Made by a program: the position numbers and the translations under genes
Part shown: positions 1 through 8,427 of the stretch, one piece after another
How the letters are laid out: the number at the start of each line of letters is the position of its first letter
Numbering within the stretch: the first letter of the stretch is position 1
The notes under the pieces: model-generated
Told to the model about the DNA's origin: nothing
The model's database searches: none
What the model saw: the letters and a program-made list of their open reading frames with translations, nothing else
Origin: a virus
Strand: one strand, 5' to 3'
IMG/VR virus record: IMGVR_UViG_3300032242_001644
Coordinates: 1-64,000 of that record
DNA: 64,000 nt

Positions 1-308
1 GTCGTTCTAACCGTTTCCCTACAGTAGACTGCATTGTACTCAAACTCTATAGTGGTTTTTGCCAGAACGAAATCGTACTTCATTGTATGATTCTGCCCTG
101 TAGTTGAATATGTAGTAGAGTCAGGTTCCCCTAATCCCAACAAGTTCGGTGAGGTCATCGTGCTCATAATAGCCACAATAGCAGCATCACAGGGGTAGGT
201 TTTTATTGTGGCAGTTGTGCTGTTCTCAACAGGAGCTCCTGCTCCGCAGGCTGTCAGTAGCATGCCAGTGCTTAGTAGTGTTATAAGTGTTATAGTTAAT
301 TTCATCAT
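1..308 (-). CDS. Putative lipoprotein, running off the window edge (not in ORF track)
   Basis: Hand translation from ATG 308: MMKLTITLITLLSTGMLLTAC-GAGAPVENST..., with no stop before base 1. Signal peptide with lipobox LTAC; -10-like TATACT at 314-319. Confidence 0.7.
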   Translation of the reverse strand, partial: MMKLTITLITLLSTGMLLTACGAGAPVENSTTATIKTYPCDAAIVAIMSTMTSPNLLGLGEPDSTTYSTTGQNHTMKYDFVLAKTTIEFEYNAVYCRETVRT

Positions 309-466
309 ACACTAGTATAACACTCTATGCACAGAGTCTCTATGCTTGTTACGGTTCTTTACTGTTATTACACTCTAAACTCTACACTGATCACTGTTCG
401 GGCTGATTGAAAAAACTGCTGTGTATTTTTTTTGCCGCTAGATACCATTTGGCCATATATAAAGAT

Positions 467-652
467 ATGAAGTCATTCACAGTCAACGGTCGTACCTATA
501 CTAGATTTTATGCTTGGTTACCCACTAGAACTACTCAGGGAGAACTCATCTGGTTTGCACCTTACTATATAAGACCCATGAGATCGGGCGATGGATGTCT
601 ATTATCACATGAGGAATTCCTTGTAGAGATTTCAAGGGGACCGGTGAATTAA
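467..652 (+). CDS. Hypothetical protein
   Basis: Track ORF 407..652 starts at TTG; ATG 467 (MKSFTVNG) is the more likely start. Confidence 0.5.
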   Translation: MKSFTVNGRTYTRFYAWLPTRTTQGELIWFAPYYIRPMRSGDGCLLSHEEFLVEISRGPVN

Positions 653-761
653 CTGCGTAGATTATTATTTAAAAAATCTTTTTTGCGCGGCGCTTCGCGC
701 TCAGGACTCTTGACCCTGCCCCCTAATCTGCTTAAATATTAGTTAACTATAGGAGAATGTC

Positions 762-932
762 ATGGCTAAAATTATCAGTCAAACATTTGTTGTAACTGTG
801 AGTCAACTGGCCCGAGATGGGGAACAGGCTGCGGCTTTGGTCTCGGAAGACTTTGCTGCCAATCTAGAAGCTGTGGCGCAGGAGTTAGCGGGCTCGGCTT
901 CGGTGGTGGAAATTGTGGGAGTTGAGCAATGA
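762..932 (+). CDS. Small 56-aa hypothetical protein (not in ORF track)
   Basis: TAAATA at 733-738 and SD AGGAG at 751-755. MAKIISQTFVVTVSQLARD...LEAVAQELAGSASVVEIVGVEQ*; ATGA overlap with the next gene. Confidence 0.8.
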   Translation: MAKIISQTFVVTVSQLARDGEQAAALVSEDFAANLEAVAQELAGSASVVEIVGVEQ

Positions 933-1210
933 ACGAGCAAGAATTTCGCGATATGATTGCCGAAGATTTGGTTAGAATTGTCACCACTGATCGACAGTTT
1001 CACGTGGTAACCACACACCCCAGCATGTGCAGCTATGATGTGGAACTTAACCTAGGACATGTGGGAGTTGCGCTGGGATGGGTTCGTTGTTGGGATCTCA
1101 GTCGAGGCCAATGGCACTCAATTGACCCCGCAGCTATCTATGCATGGGAACGGCTCAATCACCCGCTGCTTGGTGTTCAAGACTCAGAGCACGATCTTCT
1201 AAATCCCTAA
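929..1210 (+). CDS. Hypothetical protein
   Basis: 93-aa ORF coupled to the upstream ORF by ATGA. Confidence 0.6.
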   Translation: MNEQEFRDMIAEDLVRIVTTDRQFHVVTTHPSMCSYDVELNLGHVGVALGWVRCWDLSRGQWHSIDPAAIYAWERLNHPLLGVQDSEHDLLNP

Positions 1211-1865
1211 TGTGAGTGGTCTGGCGATCGATTAGGCCTTGATTTCTCAGTGTTTTGTAGGCGATATTTTCTGCACCCCACTCGCCCGTTTCAGCGAGAC
1301 CTTCTTTACGCATCTTAGCAAGTCTAGCTTTCGTAGTGTCTGCCTTAGTTGGGTCTGAGTCATTTATCGCTCCTTTGATTTCTCTAGTAAGGTATCTAAC
1401 TTTCTGCGCCACTGACACGTCGTCAATGGTGGGTTCTTCATGTGTGGGAGTTTTAATCCACTTGCCCCTCAGCACAGAATAAACTGCTGTACTGTGGTGC
1501 GGTTCTTCTGCGCCCTGTATATACACTTCTACGGGCAGATTTCTAATTTGAATATTGTGCTGTTCGTTCCACAAGCCTTTCTTGGCATCGTAGAGTTCAC
1601 GAGCTTCATCAGAGGGTAGGCCCGCTACAATCAAGTGTAGATCAAGATCACTGTGATCTGTATAGGTGTGTCCTGCATTTGAGCCAGTAATGGTTATGTC
1701 CGTGATGCGCAGCCTAACACCCACGAACTTGTAAAACGCCCGGGCGATCTCAAGCAGCTTATCCTGAACTTCGGGCAACATGTCATTAGCCTCCCACAGC
1801 TTGGCATTCAACTTGGGATGAAACTTTACATATCGGCTTTCGTTTATTATGTCTTGTATGCGCAT
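1155..1865 (-). CDS. Pol-beta superfamily nucleotidyltransferase
   Basis: hG[GS]x9-13DxD motif (ITGSNAGHTYTDHSDLDLHLIV) and a third acidic residue in PVEVY; TAAATA at 1884-1889. Confidence 0.8.
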   Translation of the reverse strand: MRIQDIINESRYVKFHPKLNAKLWEANDMLPEVQDKLLEIARAFYKFVGVRLRITDITITGSNAGHTYTDHSDLDLHLIVAGLPSDEARELYDAKKGLWNEQHNIQIRNLPVEVYIQGAEEPHHSTAVYSVLRGKWIKTPTHEEPTIDDVSVAQKVRYLTREIKGAINDSDPTKADTTKARLAKMRKEGLAETGEWGAENIAYKTLRNQGLIDRQTTHIRDLEDRALSLEHQAAGD

Positions 1866-1882
1866 GATTTACAGTGTTTAGT

Positions 1883-2134
1883 CTATTTAGCCCACTGTAT
1901 GCGATAGGCTCCATATGTTTCGTTGTCAAAGAATTCAGCAACCAAGGTCACCCATCGTTGATCATCAGCTCGGTATTCTGTATCCAGAACCAACTGTACC
2001 TTGTAGAGTGGTTGATTAAAAAACCACTTGTACTGCTCGGGCTCTAGATGTCGTTCAATTACATCCCACTTTAATTCGTAAGGTTCGCCGGCCCATGCTA
2101 GCCACGAACACAGCTCAACACGATTAGAAAGCAT
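1883..2134 (-). CDS. Hypothetical protein
   Basis: 83-aa ORF overlapping the helicase stop. Confidence 0.6.
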   Translation of the reverse strand: MLSNRVELCSWLAWAGEPYELKWDVIERHLEPEQYKWFFNQPLYKVQLVLDTEYRADDQRWVTLVAEFFDNETYGAYRIQWAK

Positions 2135-3584
2135 CGTCGTCGCCGGGCATGTTATTCAACAGTTGTCGTAGCTTACTGCTGTCTACCTGTGCCCTTACAC
2201 GGCCTACTGCTACACCTTCTAGAGGATCGGCACTGCGGATTTCTCCGGTCTCGGGATCAGTTGTAGCGGTAACTGTACTGCTACGTGCTTTCAGTGCAGA
2301 TACAATACTACTATTGCGACTCTGACCACCGTGTTCACCGTTATCCTGTTCATCTTCAGGAAGATCAGTGATGCGGAGTGTTTCAATATTAAACTCCAGA
2401 TCAATCTTCATGCCCACACCACTTGATGAACGAGTCTTCATCAACTGTAGCTGATAGCGTCCCCGTTCACGCATGGCCCTTGATGTAAAGATACCAAACA
2501 CATTATCTGCTGTCTGAATCTTACTCAAGCCACCGCTAATGTGACTGTGATCAAATTCAACTTCTTCTACAGCACCACGATTCAACTGTGCCGCTGTGAC
2601 AAACACGCATTGTTTTTCCATGGCTAGATTACGCAGTTCTTCCGACACATACTTGTCCTTGACAAACAAGTTTTCCGCGGAGATCTTCTTACCGTTGGGC
2701 ATTAACAGATCCAAGTAGTCCACCAAAAGTACGTCTACTCGCTTGCCAATTTTAATTTCGTATTCTTTCAAGTAGGCACGAATATCGTTGGCAGTCTTGC
2801 CACTTGGCATATACTTGACCTGTAGCTGTCCTGATTTGCGGCCAATCATCTTGACCTTCATCTCAACATCATCAAGATTCTTAAAGATGTCACGAGTGGT
2901 AATTCCAGTGGTCATTGAGTCAATACGCATGGACACCAGTGCTTCACTAAGTTCCAATGTTAGGTATACCACGTTCAAACCCTGTAGGGCAAAGTTCACA
3001 CCTAGGTTGGCCAAGAATAGAGATTTACCTGCACCTGATCCACCTGCAAAGATGTTAAGTTCACCGCGATTAAATCCGCCAAACAGTTTACGATCCATTG
3101 TGGCCCAGCCTGTGCCTACCTGACCGTTCTTATCTTTCAATCCCATTAACCTGCCGCGAGGATCAGCAAAGTAGTCTGTACCCATATCTCGGGCTAGACC
3201 AATCTGCACTGCTTCTTTAATCAGTGCTTCCACTTCACCGTAGTTGTGATTCTCAAGTAATTCAGCTGATGCAAGGATTGCACGTTCAATGGCCTTGTGA
3301 CGTGTGAACTGTTCAAACTCATCCATGAGCCAATCCAAGTGGCCTTCTTTAAGTTCTCCGGGACTTGCCAGTGCAGTCTTACATGATGAATTAACCATGT
3401 TGAAGTCCGGCAAGACTGTGTATTTCTCTGCATACTCTTTAATAAACTGTGCGGCTTCTTGTAGCTTACGGTCAAATAGTGTTGCATCAAAAATACCTTG
3501 GCAGCGTACAAATGTTTCTGCATCTGCCAACATAAGTTCTAAGTACAGTTTCTGTACTTCATAATCATAATCTTTTATAGTCAT
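2124..3584 (-). CDS. gp41: DnaB-family replicative helicase (T4 gp41-like)
   Basis: Walker A GGSGAGKS, YLTLE, Walker B LLVDYLD, AAQLNR, KTR. Confidence 0.92.
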   Translation of the reverse strand: MTIKDYDYEVQKLYLELMLADAETFVRCQGIFDATLFDRKLQEAAQFIKEYAEKYTVLPDFNMVNSSCKTALASPGELKEGHLDWLMDEFEQFTRHKAIERAILASAELLENHNYGEVEALIKEAVQIGLARDMGTDYFADPRGRLMGLKDKNGQVGTGWATMDRKLFGGFNRGELNIFAGGSGAGKSLFLANLGVNFALQGLNVVYLTLELSEALVSMRIDSMTTGITTRDIFKNLDDVEMKVKMIGRKSGQLQVKYMPSGKTANDIRAYLKEYEIKIGKRVDVLLVDYLDLLMPNGKKISAENLFVKDKYVSEELRNLAMEKQCVFVTAAQLNRGAVEEVEFDHSHISGGLSKIQTADNVFGIFTSRAMRERGRYQLQLMKTRSSSGVGMKIDLEFNIETLRITDLPEDEQDNGEHGGQSRNSSIVSALKARSSTVTATTDPETGEIRSADPLEGVAVGRVRAQVDSSKLRQLLNNMPGDDDAF

Positions 3585-3589
3585 AGTTT

Positions 3590-3618
3590 ATTATACACTC
3601 TTTAAACGTTAATCTCAA
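3590..3618 (-). promoter_or_regulatory. Sigma70-type promoter of helicase, probably leaderless
   Basis: TTGAGA-17 nt-TATAAT, 5 nt before ATG 3584; no SD. Confidence 0.65.
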
Positions 3619-4549
3619 TATGTTTTACAAGTTCCCAGTCTCGTCTTACTCGTGTCTTTGTGTGATACAATACTGCCCCTAGAGCACTGGATGCATCACC
3701 AGGATCGGGTAAAGACCAGCGATACTTAAACGCAGGCTCCACAAACCGTTTGTTAGCCGCTGAATTCATAGCGCACCCTCCCATATAAACTAGACAATCA
3801 GTATTGACTAATTTCCTAGCTTCCATCATAATCATTCCAACTTGTCCTTCAAACGCATCTTGTACTGCGGCTGCAATATCGCATTGATCTTGTAGTGTTA
3901 GAATAGGGTAAGGCCAGTTTAATACACCTCGATGTAGGTTGTATTTTAGATTAAGTGTATTACTAACATAATCATTAACTTCTTTAAAGTACCGCTGTTC
4001 GTTACCTTGCGCCGCCATCTTTTGTAACAAGTGTTCGTCTTTAATCGGAGTAAGGCCAATTAATTTTGTAAATGCCGAATAGAACAAACCCAAACTATGT
4101 GGATAGCTACGGCTCCATACTTTCTTTATTTCACCGTGTAGGCCTTGCCAGATGGTAGCACATTCAAACTCACCTATTGCATCAAGTACAACCACAGCAC
4201 AGTGATTGAAAGGGCTAGTATAATATCCAGCGGCAGCATGACTAGCATGATGAGTAGTGTAAGTAACAGGAGCATATCCCAATCCCCATTTTTTAAGTTT
4301 TTGTGTTGGTAAATTTTCTAAACTAAATGCTGTACTGTATTGTCCGGCACGTAGCTGTCTTGCTTTCTTGAGCCAGGGATTTTCATACCAAAAGATACGA
4401 TCAGGAGCACCTTGATAATCTAATGCATATCGAATAAACTCACTAGGCAGTCGATCGTCATTAGATACACTGTGTCTTAGATATTGTCCGTCCCTAAACA
4501 CAGCTAAACTACTGCCGTGATTAAGAGCACTAATACCCCACGATATCAT
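3602..4549 (-). CDS. Carbamoyltransferase (NodU/CmcH/TobZ family), N-terminal Kae1-like domain only
   Basis: GISALNHGSS, HHASHAAAGYY, DAIGE, SLGLFYS, GGCAMN, PGDASSALGA; no C-terminal PRALG/NTSFN motifs. Confidence 0.85.
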   Translation of the reverse strand: MISWGISALNHGSSLAVFRDGQYLRHSVSNDDRLPSEFIRYALDYQGAPDRIFWYENPWLKKARQLRAGQYSTAFSLENLPTQKLKKWGLGYAPVTYTTHHASHAAAGYYTSPFNHCAVVVLDAIGEFECATIWQGLHGEIKKVWSRSYPHSLGLFYSAFTKLIGLTPIKDEHLLQKMAAQGNEQRYFKEVNDYVSNTLNLKYNLHRGVLNWPYPILTLQDQCDIAAAVQDAFEGQVGMIMMEARKLVNTDCLVYMGGCAMNSAANKRFVEPAFKYRWSLPDPGDASSALGAVLYHTKTRVRRDWELVKHIEINV

Positions 4550-4662
4550 TTGTAAATGAACGGGTCACGTTCCCTCAATTCAGCTAGTCGCTTTTTAAAT
4601 TGTTGATTGTGTTTGTATCTTGTATACGGATACAGAATAAAATCAAATATTCGTTTTAACAT
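4546..4662 (-). CDS. 38-aa basic peptide (not in ORF track)
   Basis: MLKRIFDFILYPYTRYKHNQQFKKRLAELRERDPFIYK*; ATGA overlap with the carbamoyltransferase start. Confidence 0.7.
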   Translation of the reverse strand: MLKRIFDFILYPYTRYKHNQQFKKRLAELRERDPFIYK

Positions 4663-4751
4663 CTTAATCACCCTGTCTATAATGCCATCTTTTTAAAATC
4701 TTATTGTAACTGTCAAAAACCATGCGTTTGCGGTTCAGCTAGGCTGGTTTT

Positions 4752-5759
4752 TTATGTCATAAACTGCGCACTTTTCTGTTTTCGTCTTAATAAGTTAATT
4801 CTTATAGGACCAGCTACACTTGTACTGATCGCATCGACTATGACAAATAAAGAGCCATATTTTTCTACGGCAGCACTTGGATCTTTAATCTCTGGTTCCC
4901 ATGTTGGAAACGCCACATGCCAGTCTAGTTCAATTGCTCGATCAATTAATTTGCTGCCAGCTTTGTCTTGGTCTGGAATAACAATCACAGTCTTACCTAA
5001 TCTATTAATTAGCTTGGCCTGATCATCAGAGACATCGTTATGCAGTAAGGCAACACCGTTTACAGCCAAGGCATCAAACGGACCTTCTACCACAAATATA
5101 TATTGTTGTTGATTGGTTATTGCATCTAAATTGAATACAAAATTAGGATGTTGATCTGATAGATATTTGGGCTTGCCATCTTTAATTTTACGGGCAGTAC
5201 TGCCTACATTCTTACCTTCATAGGTAAAAGGTATAATCACACGGTCTTTATAACTGTCCAACGGACTCCAATAAAAGCGACCGTTTACAGGATCATACCC
5301 TCTATCTACAACATATTGAACAACCAAAGCAAGTTGCATTTCTTGCTCTTGTTCCATGTCAATATCTAACCAATCTATCAAAGGCAATGCACCTTTGGGT
5401 AAGGGCTTTTCTGCAAAACGTAATTGGGGGGCTTGGGCAGGTGTTTGTGTATCCGAAGCTTCTGTTTTCATTGCTTCAAAAATCATCTTTCGAATATCAT
5501 CGTCAGGCGCACCTAACCATGCCATTAAATCTTTAAGTTTTTTACTAACGGGTCTGCCGGGTTTCCAGCTTGCTGTGTATCCGCAATTGAAGCAGTTATA
5601 CACAAAACCTTCATTATACTTTACACCACCACGCTGCCTAGTGTCGTGTTTTTCACCTCTATGATGGCAGCATGGTGCGTTAAAACTAGTCCAGCCGCTA
5701 GGTGTCTTTTTTGCACGTGGCGGTAAGTTCTTCTGGAATAGGTCAACAACTGAGGTCAT
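4752..5759 (-). CDS. gp61: DNA primase (T4 gp61-like)
   Basis: N-terminal Zn-binding CC-H...CFNC; TOPRIM motifs VVEGPFDA and PDQD. Confidence 0.9.
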   Translation of the reverse strand: MTSVVDLFQKNLPPRAKKTPSGWTSFNAPCCHHRGEKHDTRQRGGVKYNEGFVYNCFNCGYTASWKPGRPVSKKLKDLMAWLGAPDDDIRKMIFEAMKTEASDTQTPAQAPQLRFAEKPLPKGALPLIDWLDIDMEQEQEMQLALVVQYVVDRGYDPVNGRFYWSPLDSYKDRVIIPFTYEGKNVGSTARKIKDGKPKYLSDQHPNFVFNLDAITNQQQYIFVVEGPFDALAVNGVALLHNDVSDDQAKLINRLGKTVIVIPDQDKAGSKLIDRAIELDWHVAFPTWEPEIKDPSAAVEKYGSLFVIVDAISTSVAGPIRINLLRRKQKSAQFMT

Positions 5760-5765
5760 ACATAC

Positions 5766-5794
5766 AGTTTAATATCTGTATAATACTTTGTCAA
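5766..5794 (-). promoter_or_regulatory. Sigma70-type promoter of primase, inside the 3' end of the upstream gene, probably leaderless
   Basis: TTGACA-17 nt-TAAACT, 6 nt before ATG 5759. Confidence 0.7.
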
Positions 5795-6500
5795 GTGTTC
5801 CTGTATTATTTGTCAATTGTTTTACTCGTAATCTGGACCAAACACCAGTTACATTTAGATAACTTACCGGGGTGTTATTCAATGTTAGTGTATCAACATT
5901 TACCCAAGATCCTAAGTTTTCATCTAACGATCCTTCGATAGTGATATCACCGGTGAAGTTGGTTGTATAAAATGCAAAGGTATGTAGTCCTGCATTTGAG
6001 TTAAATTGTGGTTTTGCATCCACTGCGGTGAACACATTGTCCGGCTGCTCGCTGAGTTTTGGCCCGCCATACGCATCGCCAATAACATCGATAGTACCAA
6101 CAACTCCGTATTGACTATCCGAATACATTGGAGACTTAACACCATTTGCATCAACAGAGTAGAGACTATAGTGATAGTGTCCTGGGGTAATTTGTTCCAT
6201 TGCTTCTTCGTCTACCATGGCGAAGAATCTGCCCAATGCGGCATCATGAATTGTACAATCTTGTTGGACCAATAGTTCATTCGATTCAACTCCTACGATA
6301 TTAAATACAACCGTTAAGTTTGAAATAGGTTGTGGGCGCTCATCGCCGTTCTTAATTTGAAAATCAAGACGGTTGTCAACTCCGCGATATAATTTTAGAT
6401 TTCGTTGATACACTTTTCGATACCTCGCTGTAGTCCAGGTGCCTAGATTTGTATACACGTCGACTCGATTGGAATATAAATAACTTGGATTTAATTGCAT
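5769..6500 (-). CDS. Probable virion structural protein (beta-rich, baseplate-associated-like)
   Basis: 243 aa with beta-sandwich-like pattern; TAAATA at 6519-6524. Confidence 0.5.
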   Translation of the reverse strand: MQLNPSYLYSNRVDVYTNLGTWTTARYRKVYQRNLKLYRGVDNRLDFQIKNGDERPQPISNLTVVFNIVGVESNELLVQQDCTIHDAALGRFFAMVDEEAMEQITPGHYHYSLYSVDANGVKSPMYSDSQYGVVGTIDVIGDAYGGPKLSEQPDNVFTAVDAKPQFNSNAGLHTFAFYTTNFTGDITIEGSLDENLGSWVNVDTLTLNNTPVSYLNVTGVWSRLRVKQLTNNTGTLDKVLYRY

Positions 6501-6524
6501 GACACAGGCCCTTTAGGGTATTTA
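6475..6524. promoter_or_regulatory. Face-to-face late promoters
   Basis: TATAAATA on + at 6475-6482, antisense within the YLY codons of the minus gene; TAAATA on - at 6519-6524. Confidence 0.55.
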
Positions 6525-6528
6525 TCGA

Positions 6529-6903
6529 ATGAGAATAAGCGACAACCTACAACAAAATTTCCCCTTTATCACGGTACTCAGCTACGTTGAGCACGAATAC
6601 GTGGGCATAATAATAAACCAAGATTCCCAAGTTACGAGCATGTACGACTATAGTGCCCTTAAAACAGAAGAAGAAAAAACACGATTTCTAGAGATGGGAG
6701 ATATTTGGTGGTGGGAATCTAATCGAATGATTCCCATTAACATATTCCTTGCTAAGGAAATGTACAATTTCAAGTATATAATTAAGAACTTATCCAGCAA
6801 GGATGTAAAGGTATTATTTGGGCCTGTTACTAGCCTAAATGATATAATTGTTAAACGTGTAAAAAGACGATCAATTACACTAGTTCGTCGTACTAAAGAT
6901 TAA
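6529..6903 (+). CDS. Hypothetical phage protein
   Basis: Lone + strand 124-aa ORF filling the gap; WWWESNR motif. Confidence 0.75.
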   Translation: MRISDNLQQNFPFITVLSYVEHEYVGIIINQDSQVTSMYDYSALKTEEEKTRFLEMGDIWWWESNRMIPINIFLAKEMYNFKYIIKNLSSKDVKVLFGPVTSLNDIIVKRVKRRSITLVRRTKD

Positions 6904-7481
6904 CTAAATCCGTAACTAATTTGCTCGCAGATTAAATTCATCTGCACAGTGATTGCCACTGCATAGGCAACTGCATGAGCTTTCTTAAAATAGTATTCAT
7001 GTTCATGTTTGGGCTTTGTCCATATCTCTGCTTCTACTGTTGCCCAATCTTTTCCTATTAGATATCTCTTTGCTGGACGAATCATTGCCAATACTGCTGC
7101 CAATTGTTCCACGGATGTTGGTTTTACTTTTCTTAGAATAGAACCGTGGCCGTTGACGTGAAATAACAGATTAACAAAATCATCTTGCTCAAGTAGATCC
7201 CATAGTGGATCGGTATTCATCAACTGGATTAGATGTGCCTCATCACGTATGTCTTTATATAGGCTCACATTAAGAAAATCTATTTTAAAATAACCAGCTT
7301 CATCGGCGGCTTCATACGGAACTGCCGATAGATTAGTTTTTGCATTAACTGGAACAGTATGAAAATACACGCCTGTGTTATGAGGCACTAATTTTCCATC
7401 CTCAAGACGACTGGCTTTAACGTGCTCAAATAGAGCTAAGGCCTTTGTCCTATCTGCAAAGTCTATATCAATATCTGGCAT
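6900..7481 (-). CDS. Miniature DnaE (Pol III alpha, C-family) palm-like protein
   Basis: PDIDIDF, HNTGVY, GYFKIDFL, KPTSVEQLAAVLAMIRP and YYFKKAHAVAYA match DnaE motifs in order within 193 aa. Confidence 0.8.
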   Translation of the reverse strand: MPDIDIDFADRTKALALFEHVKASRLEDGKLVPHNTGVYFHTVPVNAKTNLSAVPYEAADEAGYFKIDFLNVSLYKDIRDEAHLIQLMNTDPLWDLLEQDDFVNLLFHVNGHGSILRKVKPTSVEQLAAVLAMIRPAKRYLIGKDWATVEAEIWTKPKHEHEYYFKKAHAVAYAVAITVQMNLICEQISYGFS

Positions 7482-7720
7482 TATTGTACTCTAGTTGTTT
7501 CAAATAATAGTAAGGGTAATGTTTCTGCAAGGAACTCAGCATACTCTTCTGAGTCTTCTTCGTCTTCAAATCCGCTAAACTTTACTGTTACTGTATTGTC
7601 TGTTTCGTCAACAAACACTTCAATATCTATGTCGTCGTCAGAAATAAACTCTTCATTCTCTGCAAGTTCGTCTGTGTCTTTGATTTCTTCAACTACTTCT
7701 TTTGCTTTTCTTTTAGACAT
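7481..7720 (-). CDS. Small, very acidic protein
   Basis: 79 aa, D/E-rich; 1-nt overlaps with both neighbours. Confidence 0.7.
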   Translation of the reverse strand: MSKRKAKEVVEEIKDTDELAENEEFISDDDIDIEVFVDETDNTVTVKFSGFEDEEDSEEYAEFLAETLPLLLFETTRVQ

Positions 7721-8427
7721 TATTGTACCTTTGCTTCCTGTAATACTTCTTTAACCAACTCAACATCACCGGGTAATGCCTTAAATCGTCTTGTCCAATA
7801 TGGTAAATCTAACATAGGAGTTATTATTTCCAACTGTTCATCATTCATTGATTTTAGCATATTTTTGCCGCTAGCACAATTTAAAATAATCCATGGACTA
7901 ATTAAACCATCCTTGATATGTTTAACTGCTCTATTTAAATTTACATATAAAAAATAGTGCTCCCATGTGGATTTGTTTTCATCTGCCCATTCCATCATAG
8001 TTTTAATAGTGCGTTGTATTGCACCATCTGCAGGTTCCTCTTTAATCAACTCCATTAGATATTGATCATACAGAGCATCTCTACACCAGTGGTCTAACTT
8101 AACACCGCTCTTAATTACCCATTCAACAAATCGTTCTGGATAGATAGGATTAGCATTAGACACAAAACTACCAAATTTTACAAACGCATTATAATAAGGA
8201 CTTTCAACAAAATCGTCAAACGTTTTCTTTTTGTTACTGCGTTGTGCAATTTCATAGAACTTCTGAAATGCCATCATGGCTGCAATTACATGTTTCTCGT
8301 TTTTACTCATGTGGCGGCGTTTGGGTTCACATACATGCACCATTAATGTTTTTTCTTTAACAAATGGTTTATTGCAGTATGCACAGGTAAAATTAGAGTT
8401 CTTTAATTTGCTTGTCATCCCAACCAT
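7720..8427 (-). CDS. C2H2/C2HC zinc-finger protein
   Basis: FTCAYCNKPFVKEKTLMVHVC; the start could be 8418. Confidence 0.75.
   Translation of the reverse strand: MVGMTSKLKNSNFTCAYCNKPFVKEKTLMVHVCEPKRRHMSKNEKHVIAAMMAFQKFYEIAQRSNKKKTFDDFVESPYYNAFVKFGSFVSNANPIYPERFVEWVIKSGVKLDHWCRDALYDQYLMELIKEEPADGAIQRTIKTMMEWADENKSTWEHYFLYVNLNRAVKHIKDGLISPWIILNCASGKNMLKSMNDEQLEIITPMLDLPYWTRRFKALPGDVELVKEVLQEAKVQ

Noticed and set aside
775-1018. Minus-strand ORFs 775..987 and 803..1018
   Set aside because: They overlap the better supported + strand genes 762..932 and 929..1210.
4663-4752. Hairpin AAAAACCA/TGGTTTTT and a 19-codon ORF after primase
   Set aside because: Weak AT-rich stem with a long loop; the ORF has no SD; not enough support.
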